NCBI GenBank assembly: GCA_973851085.1
Contig: OZ316776.1
Location: 5,890,001-5,954,000, forward strand
Direction: 5' to 3'
Origin: Ptychomitrium polyphyllum
Lineage: Eukaryota
DNA: 64,000 nt
The translations under genes were made by a program, and so were the position numbers. The notes beneath the pieces were generated by a model that was given only the letters and a program-made list of their open reading frames with translations, was not told the origin of the DNA and made no database searches. How positions within the stretch are numbered: position 1 is the stretch's first letter; the number at the start of each line of letters is the position of its first letter. Of the stretch, positions 37,101 to 47,736 are shown in pieces.

Positions 37101-39298
37101 CTAGGAGGTCCAGTTTCCTCCTGGGCCAACACTTGGCCGGTACATGCTTCCAATCCTGCAATAACTGTGCCTCATCAAATTCTTCAGTGAAGTTACGTGG
37201 CCTGATCTTACAGATAACTGCTATTTATTTACATGTCAATTTTGGTGTGCTAATCCAAAGTGTGATTCCATCTGTGGATGACAAGTGTATATTTTTAATA
37301 AATTCTTGACGCAAATGGTAATTATCACGACACATGTCTTTTCTTTTCTAAGGCTGTTATGGAAAGATAAAATATACTGGGTTGTAATTTCTTTAGGTTA
37401 CAGTTACTCTACAAAAGATTCTGTAGTTGGTACGGAACCTGTACGTTACTTGTAGCAACCTGTAGGGGATGCCAAAGACTCTTGCAAAGTATGAGTTATA
37501 CTAGCCTCCTGCAAATTGGACAAGGTGCTGTGAATTTTAGTTTCCCAAGTGTGCAGTTTCATTGATGCTTGCCCAACCACTGCATGGTCAATCAACCTTT
37601 GTATCTGGCTTTTGTTCATAACATTTCCAGCTATCATGCACCATATCCTTGTGAATGTCAAACTCCCTAGTCATGGTTTATGTGGACATAGTGGTTGCTT
37701 CTCTGAGCTGTGTGTTGAAAATTGGAGAGTTTGGCCTCAATTGCAACATGGTGGCCTAACCTTTTTCCTCAGCATTCCTAAACCCAGTCCATAGATTCCT
37801 AACAAGTGAATTCTTCAAATCTAACAATCAATGTCAATCATGTGGTTTGAACAATACCTTTGAAATAGCGGTGGGCTACATTTATTGTGTGAATTATGTA
37901 CAGCAGAACTTAGTTCCACACCAAATATAAGGTTGGTGACAAACATGTGTGAAGAACATCTAGAATAATATTTCCTTAGTATTTCAATTGAACATAATTG
38001 CTCATTTTTACCAAAATAATACCACCAATAGAATTTGCATAGGTTGAAACTAGTGATTAATGCAAAATTTAATGATTTTAAAGTTCAATGAAAATATATC
38101 AATATACTTCCACGATGTAAATTCAGTACTCCTGAAATTCATAAAGATTTAAAAAGCACATAATATTCAAGAAAAAGGTAAAAAGCTCTCTGCCTTCGTA
38201 TCAATATTTTCAATAAACTTCAAAAATCTATCCTATCACCGAAGTATAATATGTTACTTTTTAATTTTATTTCAATTATGTGATAAGAAATACGAAAAAC
38301 AACGAAACAGAAGAAAAGCTTTGAAAGTGCCAGAGCTGGCAACGTTCGAACTTGGTCTTTGCCATGCAACATCAAAGTTTTGAAACTTTTTCAAAGGTTT
38401 GTTTAGTGGTTTTTGAAACAATGGACTCCACTCCAACACAGAGGAGCATGCAACATCGACTTTCGTCGAATCAACGTGAGGCCGAAATGTGCGCTAAGGG
38501 AGAAATACTTGTACTGACTGAGTGCATGCAGCCAGTGACGACCGACCATGCTGAAACACTGCCAACCGGCCATCTCTTCTCACTCCGCTACCGACCTCCC
38601 ACCCATTGACCCGCTCCCCGACCTCCAGATCGACCCCCTACGCACCTACGTACCCCTGCCGAACCTACTGCCTGCCCTGCCCCTGGCACAGCGCCCACAC
38701 CAAGGCTGTGGGGGCACGCTAGACCAGTAGAGGGCAGGGGGGCAGGCCTTAGGCTTCCCTGCACGCCACCCAAACTCACACCTTGGCCTTGGAGCTCCCA
38801 CCCAGCCTGCAACAACGCTCGCAAAGCCACTCTCGCTATGAAGTTTGAAGAAGAGTCTCTGTGTAATCAAGCCAGGGCAATGCAGGTACTGTGAGCAGCA
38901 TCATCGCGTTCTTCCACAGGAGTGGCCTTTACTTGTGCTTTTTGTAGATGGTGGGACAGCAGCAAGTGGGATGCAGAAGCCAGCAGTTTCCTTGATTGGT
39001 TTTCAAAGTGTGAGGAGTTGCGGAGCGACGAGGGCGGGAGGGGTGAGAGATTTGAGTTGTAGGGGTTGATGGGTGGGGTGTCAGGGGACAGGGTGGTAAT
39101 AGTGTGAGGAGGGTGAGGGCGATGGTGGTCGGTGGAGGTGGGTTAGGGTGTGTGAGAGTGGGGAGTTTAGGGAGGTTTGTAGGGGAGGATGTGGGAGAGT
39201 GTGAGCTCATTGTGTAGGTGGTGCAATTGGGGGGTGGAATGGGGGTGGTGGTGTGAGTGAATTCAGGCAGTGGTGGTGGTGGGGGTGGTAAGGGAGCT

Positions 39299-42200
39299 AT
39301 GGTGATGGATCGGACGCAGGAACATAGTGCAAGCACAAGTAGGACGAGCAGTGGCGACGACGTGTTCACGCAGATCATCGGCGACATTGACACAATTGTG
39401 AGCGTGTTGGACGCCGTGGTGGACGCGCCCAAGGAGCGCCACGCGCTCAAGAGCCAGCTCTCAGGGTTCAAGAGCCAGATTACGGTGTTGGAGTCCCAGG
39501 TGAGGAGGAAACAGCAGACGAGTCACGACTCCGGCTCTCAGCCCGCTAGCCTTGATATCAGTCTCACGAGCTTGCAGCGGAATGTGGACTTGGTGGCGCG
39601 TTCCTTGGGGATCGATCCCGTGTGGAGCAATTCTTCGTCAAATGACGACAACCACAAGCAGGAGGAAAAAGAAGCAGCTTCTCCTCAGAAAACCTCGTCT
39701 GTCTCGCTCCATTGCTGGCGCTTCAAGCAAAAAGCGAAGAAGCTGTTTCGCGTCTCCGCTGGCTGTAAAACTATTCGTGCATTTTCCCTCAGGTTGGCAT
39801 TTCCACTTGTTGATCCATTTACATGAATTCTCAAGATGAACCTCCCCTACCCCTCTTCCCTACCAACACACATTTCCTTTAATGCATTGTCCTTGACTAG
39901 GTTGTGTCCTTGATGTTGCTTTTGTGAAGGTCAAGGGGCGTTGTGAAATTTATGATGAATGACTATGTTGGCGCGCTGGCTGATCTGAACAAGGCGGACT
40001 TTCTGGACCCCAACAACAGCTTTATTCTGCAGTAAGTGCTCGTTTTTTTTGCTTTGTTGCTCTAAGAGTTTTTCCAGAAGTTTTCTTTGGAGGAAACGTT
40101 TGTTGTTCTCAGTATTGTGTTGCGATGTGTTGCATGAAGGTTGCGTGGAGATGTGAAGTGCTGGATAAATGATTACGAAGGTGCATTAGAGGATCTGACC
40201 ATAGCAGATCGTCTGCGACCTGATGACACGTTCACTCTGAGGTACGTATTAACAAGTGTTGTCGTGTCTCTTTCTCTGAGATGATGTAATGTCTGCAGAA
40301 AGCTCGAGCAGAGTGGGTCTTATGGGGTGGGTGCATACATAAGCTTACTGACTGTTGGTGTGTGCTTTGGATCATATAGGGCTTTAGGTGCCGCCAAATC
40401 GGCTCTTGGAGATCGTCGAGGGGCGTTGCAAGTTTTGAACTCTGCAAATCGCCTGCAACCGAATGACATGTGGACTTTAAGGTTGGTTGAGTAATATTGA
40501 AAAAGTCTCTTTTCTGCATATTTTTCAGCCAGTTCGTGAGGTTGTGATCTTGCTGTCTTTGGAGGCCATTTCTATTCTTGAAACGTTTTTGGGAAATTAT
40601 TTTCCCAGTGGTATAGCAGCATTGTTAGCATCTTTAGTGTTATTATTTGGATGTGTGCATGGAGATAGTGATAGTATGATTCATTAAACAATCGAAAGTG
40701 GGACCCAAATTCCCAATTATGAAGCCTCTTTGACAATCGTCACTGTACCTAAAGTTTACAAGTTCTGGAATTGAGTAGTGTACTTAGTCTTGCTGCACTC
40801 TTTCCAAGTCTTAAGTGCACCTAACTGGGGCCTGGCACTTGTTGGGGTCTCTCAAAAGTCTCGATCTAATCATAGCGTCTAGTGAAGCTGTTTACTGGCA
40901 AAGGAACAGTGTCGCCACGGTGACCAATTGTTTTCGGTCCCTTGACTGAGCAGTTTCCGAAGCCGCTGTCGCCTCATCCCTTCTATGATCCAACTAGTAG
41001 CGTGAGTACGGTTCACTCAAGATTTGGAAAGACTGAGCCTGGGCCTGTCTTCTGTATTGTCTCCTTGCCTTGTTTCTTAGTTTCCACACAAGGGAGATAT
41101 CCCCACCACTTTTGAATTTGATCTTCCTTCTAACTTGATCTGATGTGTTTCAGACTTCGAGGACGAGTTAAGCGTCACCTACATGATTATGCCGGGGCCT
41201 TGATAGATCTAGATACTGCAGACCGTATCGAGCCGAATGATTTGGACGTACTTCGGTATGTGCAAATTTTTAGCAGAAGCTGCTACTCTATTAGAGATAT
41301 TCTGCTTGAGATACTGTTTCTGAGTGCCAGCCTGCTTTTTAGAAGCACATTATTAAGATTCATTGAAAAGAACTACGACTTGTTATGCCAGTCATGTTTG
41401 GGGATCAATTTCCATGTTCTTACAAAGCCTTACATAGTACAACATAGTACAATAAGCTCTTCCTAAATCTCAAAGGAGGTCATTGTTCTTTCTTGTTGTC
41501 TCATAGTTGTTTGTTGTCCTGCAGTGTTCGGGGCGTAGTGAAATTTTACTTACGTGACTATGATGGAGCACTCATTGACCTTGACAAGGCGCATAAAATG
41601 GAACCCACAAGCTGCTCTATCCTCAGGTATTGGGACGTCATGTTGAAATATCCAATTTATATATAAGTTCAGCTTTTTGGAAGAATAATTATTTGGGTCC
41701 ATCTCTTGTCATAAGCCTCTCAGCAACTTAACACAATAACACCTTTGTAAAGTCGGAAAAAAACCTTCTGCAGTCTTCTTTCTGGTCGGTACATGCAGAA
41801 TTAAACAGTAAATTCTCGTGATGTTGACAGGTATCGAGCAGATGTCAAGTTAAGGGCTGGTAATCTAGAGCAAGCCCTCGTTGATGTGAAGAAAGCTATG
41901 GAGCTCGATTTAACAAGCAGCTCTTTGTATAGGTTTGTCATTCCTGTGATGGAGTCCAAGCCAGATACTTAAAGTTCCTTTCCATTGTTGCATAAGTTGA
42001 TCTTCAATGACTTTGTGTACACCCCTGACCCCTGTGTTCATTGGAATTCTGAAACCGAAGCAACTGCTGCCCTTGTGAATGCAGGATCAGAGGAGAAGTG
42101 AAGTTTCGATTGAAGAATTTTCCGGCGGCACTTGTAGATTTAAATAAAGCTCTTGAACTGCAATCTGATGATGTTGGCGCGCTGAGGTAGTTTTTAACAT

Positions 42201-44298
42201 ACATCCTAAAACCAACGCGATTCAGATTAGTAGTGGCACATATTAGGATAAGAATTCTTACTCTTTAATAAACTCTTCTTTCCTTAATATGATCGAATTT
42301 GAGCTAGTCCTGGAGAGCTGTTTCACCTGGGTCATTTTCTCTTGGAGGAATTTATAGCTGAAGAACTGATAACTGCAAACGCATCTAAGATTTGAATTTG
42401 GTTTGTGCAGAATTCGTGGTGAGCTGTTATACGAGTTGGGAGATTATGAGGAAGCGTTGGCAGATTTGCAAGCAGCAGATCGTGCTGTGCGTGGCCATGA
42501 AAATACCCTTAGGTATGATCAGAGTTTCACTCATAGATTTTTAATCGTATCAGAATTACATGGTTGAGTAACAAGTATTTGCCGTCACCCAAGATTATGC
42601 ACGACAAGAGTGCTGGTTTGGATTCTGGTTGATTAGTGTCGACCACCCTACTTGCTACTATCTACATATTATGTAGATCATAGAAAATAATATGGGTCAA
42701 CACTAATTAACTAAAGCTGTGCACATTATCTAATCAGAGGCATGTTGCGAAGGTATGTCATTTTCTATTGGTCTAGCTTGGGCATTACGCAGTTTTTAAG
42801 GACTAAACCGGGTAATGATAACTCGAAAACTTCCTTCCTTTTTCAGAATTCTGGCAAAAATCAAATATCTGCTGAATGATTACAAGGGAGCCCTTATGGA
42901 TCTGAACAGAGCGGATAAAGTCGAGCCAGACAACCATGTGACGCTCAGGTATTCAACTCTCGCCTTCGTTATAGATGTTCTATTTCCAGTAATAACTTCA
43001 GATGTTAGATAATGGTGTTGATGAGGCGATGAACTTAAGTTGTCTCTGGAATATTCCAATTGCTGCTGAGTTGATCATTTATAATCTGCATGCTTATGGA
43101 ACAGAGCTCGAGGTAACGTAAAGAGGAAGTTGGGCAACTACAAAGATGCACTTCGGGATCTTAACAGAGCCAATGATCTCAGCCCGGACAGCAGTTGGAT
43201 CCTTGGGTATGTCACACTAGATCACATGGTTCTTCTCATTGAGCTAAAGTATCTAGGAACCTATGCACTATAACATGTTATTCATAAACAAAAAGTTTCT
43301 TCATATTGTACTTGCATAGATATCAGCAGATGTGCCTCTTTCAAAGTTTTAACATTTGAAGAGTTATGATTCTTTGTGCTTTGTTGAAGATTATTGGTAG
43401 CAAGGATGTAACTGTTGAATTGTATGCCTTGCGCCTCGTAAGTTGAATTGAGTATTAAATCGTTTTGGAGCTTCTTTGGGAATTATGTGCAGAGTGAGAG
43501 GTGACGTGAAGCGAAAACTGGGTGACCTTCAAGGTGCTCTTGCTGATCTGAACAGTGCTGATGAGCTCGAACCCAACAACAACTTCACCTTGAGGTACAC
43601 GCTCAAAATTGGTTTATAATGAAGCGAGCAGCATAGGTAGACAATCAAGAGTACAGTTAATGCAGATAATGGTGGAGCTATTATATAGTTCATGTTGTAT
43701 ATAAGCTTGAAACTTCACAGAAGTTAGCATGGTCTTTGAATTTTGGAAGAAGCACTTCATGTTTCTCTAAGTGTAGGCAGACGAAAACAACACTAATGCT
43801 CCTGTCTCTCTTGGTGTATTCTTAGAGTGCGTGGAAAGGTCAAGAAGTTGCTTGGGGATGAGGAAGGTGCCCTGAACGACCTTACTCTGGCAGAATTGCT
43901 TGAGAATGGCACCAATGTATGTGATAATCCATCGCCTCAATGACCTGCATATTGCATTGTGATCTATTTATCATTGATTTATTGAAACCAATCCAGAAAC
44001 TCCATGACCAAAAAATTTCATTATAATTTTTTTTCAGGATCAGTCAGTTTATTAAAGATGTGGCATTTTTATATTGCAGATTGATGATATCGACATAAAA
44101 ACTCCGAGGAGGAGGACCTCACGCAGGCTGCTCGAGACCCTTTCCCAACAGAATCAACGAAGCACACGGACCTTAATTAGAGACGAGGCGTCTGAGTGTG
44201 AAACAGATACCCGGTCTTCAATCAAAACCATTTCATCTGAGTGTGAGATAGATAGTGCTGTCAGTAGTGTGATTATTGCAGAGGTTTTCCGTTCGTGA
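39299..44298 (+). CDS. Tetratricopeptide-repeat protein (about 641 aa): N-terminal helical domain, 12 TPR units, Ser/acidic C-terminal tail; 14 exons
   Basis: GT-AG exons read by hand: 39299-39792, 39930-40031, 40140-40241, 40380-40481, 41154-41255, 41525-41626, 41831-41932, 42085-42186, 42411-42512, 42847-42948, 43105-43206, 43493-43594, 43826-43916, 44080-44298. Total 1926 nt, open to TGA. Repeat consensus RGxVKxxLxDYxGALxDLxxAxxLxPxxxxxL. The start codon (39299 versus 39305 or an upstream exon) is less certain. Confidence 0.9.
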
Positions 44299-47200
44299 TC
44301 GACCTTGTTTAATAGGTTTGAGTTGTACATAGCGGTTTTTTCCTTTTTTCCTTGGACTTAGTGGGTTTTCTTGTACAGTGTACCTAACGATGGGGTTGTA
44401 TATTTGGACCTAAGCTTGTAGCTAGCTATCCGGCCTCCTAGTCTCTAAGGTAGTGCTGACGCATCAGAAAGGAGATCAATGTTTTTGGCCTCGGTTCTTT
44501 CATCAAAGAAGTAAGTTGTGTACCCTGGTATGCACTTCTCAAATGCTTGTTTTTGAAGCCGAAGGTAATCATGGTGTTCTAATGAGGTATCCGTTTCGAT
44601 GCCATGGTATGCACTTAAATACTGGTATGGTTCCTCTTTAGATGGTCAACACTTTGGCTGTTTGCCAATTCTTAAATAAAAAAGATTCATAATTTGAGAG
44701 GACACAATTCTAATAGAATTTATGTGAATATGGCCATGTGTTCAAACCTCTCAGAGAATGCCCAGAAGATATTCCCTATTTTGGTTATGCAGGCATAATC
44801 TGTAAAGGCACCAAGAGAGAGCAATGATTCATTCGTATGGAGAAACTGCGATACCCAGTGTGGATCTTACTGAAAGTTGTTTTGGCAATAGTTTGAGTAA
44901 AGTTTAACGAAATGCTGAGTTATAGAGAATTTTAGCCTTTTGAGAAACTTTGGTAGCCTCGAGAGTTTTTGAAAGAGGATAAGTATATACTGTGGTGAAA
45001 TTAGTAATCCATGATTTACAATTACAGGCGTTCATTGAATTGGAAATCCTCAAGTAATGAATGGATGACAAGCTATGTTTAGGCTGAAACAAAATTATGA
45101 CATTCACCCCTAATCCTTGCATAAAGCTACAAATAAAATAATAAAATGCAATACCCAATTTACAAAAATTAAAAAAAATTCTGGCTCTATGTCTTCCAAA
45201 GTCACTCTTCAAAACATAACACTCTTCAACAGCATAACCTTGCACCACTAATATAATAAACACATGGGGGCAAGTACACTAGATGTTGTGAGGAAATGGT
45301 TGTAGGCACAAGGTTCCTGCACCCTATGCTTTAAGGCTTTTATGTGCATGTCCCTAGTATTGTGATATGAGTTTGCCTTATCTTTCTCTGTGTCACACGT
45401 ATTGAAGGTACAATATGCTCTGTATTGTACGTACCATATGTATTCTGAGATTTGTAAATGCAGAATATCAACCAGTAGTATTTCACGCGCATTGTCCTAA
45501 CTATACCATTCTCCTTCAAACTAAGTGTAACTTGTATGGAGCTACACTCTATACTGGACCATATTGGGCCCTACCCTTAACGGACAGACAATCCATCATT
45601 GTGCAAATTGGCCAAATAATATGTTTAGAAGCTTATATATTCAGTTTCACATTGTAAAGGCTTCTGGTTATAATTTCAAGCTTTCAGTTCTGTCCAGACT
45701 TCTGTCACCCTCTCCTTGTGCTCTGTCTAATTGTAGTCTGCTTGTCCTCTTTGCATACACTTGCACAATGTTCCTGTTTAGCTTGTGCATTGACTTGTTT
45801 AGCTCTTGAGTTAGCATTTGGGGATGTGATTTCAATTTGGAATATGATTTTGTGGTAGGATTTTGTGATTCATGCAGGTTAGGATGTAGAAGATTGAAGT
45901 TGTGTGTTGTTTGGATTCTAATCCTGACAGTGGTCACACTTGCCTGCACACGTGTGTTGCACACGCATTTCAATCAGCATGGCATACCAAATAACTTGAT
46001 TGATTTGCAATCTTTTTGTGAAAGTGGTAAATGGAAGGTCACTGAGGTTTTACAGATGTAAGGAGGTACAATATCTCAAGAGGTTGCAATAATGCACTAC
46101 AATATCAAAGAGTTAGTTTGCAGCTCAATCAATTAAACAATTTCAATATTGTTTTGTAAGAATTTTTCATGTCTGGTAAAATGCAAGGGTGTAGAAATGC
46201 TACTTATATTAGGGTAGTTGGAAAAATTGGTCTTGAACATTTACAAGTTTTTGCCTTGTACAAAGCCTTTCAAGGAATAAAGAGCAAGGTGGAATGTTCT
46301 AGTAACATCTAAGAGTTACTCACAAAATCAGTCATGCCCTTAGTTCAAGTTTCATACCTTTTCAATTGTGTTTTTTTATCAGGGGGTCAATGTTGGATAT
46401 TCAGACTTTTGTTGTGCCTATAGTCACCTCCATAGCCACACCACACATAGCAATTTGATTAAAATAAGAGACAGATATTATTTTATAATATATTTGAAAT
46501 ACTGCTATGCCACTTGCAACCTCATCTATAAAAAATTGCCAAATCATTTGCCTAGCTGAATAATAAATTAAGTTTTTACAAAAACTTAGACCTTTCAATG
46601 AACTCTAAATCTCCAAATTTATGAAAAAATCCTTTTATTCTAATGAAATTATGATAAGTGATTAAAAAATTTAGATTTAGTAAAAAACATGTTATAAATC
46701 TTGGTATTAAAAAGAAAAAGTAAGAGGTTAACTCATATTTCGAAGAATAATAGTAGGAATTTTGTCTTAAAAATGTCATACTAGAAATAAGAATTTTGCT
46801 TGAAAATAGGGAATTAGCTTATGTTTTGATATTGTAGTATATAATGACAAAACTCTACATAACATATTTGTATAATGCAAGGAACTAATTTCTTAAAAGT
46901 GGATTTAAACAAAAAAATTCCTTAGATTAAAATTTTGGAATTCATATCCATGAAGTTGTTGATTTAAAACTTCTTCCTAAATTTTTCATTCTTTCATGAT
47001 TGAAATGCTAAGCACCTTCTTTTTGATGATCATTAAAGAATGGAGGCCCTAAAAATCAATAACCTTCTTTTCAAGATACAAAAAGGCTTAAAATTCCAAA
47101 CACCTTCTTTACAAGATAAAATTACATCTTTCAAACAAATAATAAATTATTTCAACAATGTTTAATTTAAATTTAAGGCTATTTATAAGTTCAATGGATC

Positions 47201-47318
47201 AATCTTAAATGTCACATGTATTAAAGTGTTGCTCCATGTATTCATTGACGGTTAATATTAATTGTTTTGAATTCCATAATAAAGGTGAGTAATTCTAAGA
47301 GTACTTCATGTACAATTT

Positions 47319-47736
47319 TGTTACAGACAAAAATACAAGATTAGAATTCAAGACAAGGATTCAAAACATAAAGATGAAATAACTAGACTTTATATTAAAT
47401 ACTAAGGATTATGACAAAGTTAAAGGCCAAAAGATCTAAGCTAAACCTTAAAAGATGTATTATTAAGATTAAAGATACCTTCAACTTCAACTTTTAGATT
47501 TATTATAGCTTTAGATTTCCTTAAAAAAATTTAAGAAATTATTATTAATTTGATTCTTTATATTCAAGCAGCTCTAGGTTGTTTTTTTGGAAGCTTTTTT
47601 AAGTTGTTGAGACATTCTAAGATCAAAGTTGTTTCCTTTGCAACTTCTTAAAGATGCCTAGTTCTTTTAGAAATTTTCCTAGACCTCCTAGGATCTTCTT
47701 GATTTTTCTAAATTCTTTTAATATATGTTTGTAACA
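47319..47736 (-). repeat. Old solo LTR of gypsy family B
   Basis: Termini tgttaca...tgtaaca; TSD AATTT on both sides; similar to 31502-31890. Confidence 0.75.

Noticed and set aside
38929..39471. 180-aa Pro/Thr-rich minus-strand ORF resembling an extensin
   Set aside because: It is the antisense shadow of the G-rich leader and exon 1 of the TPR gene.
41143..41466. 107-aa ORF as a standalone gene (likewise 42815-43012 and 44074-44298)
   Set aside because: Only the exon portions are coding; the rest is read-through into introns of the TPR gene.
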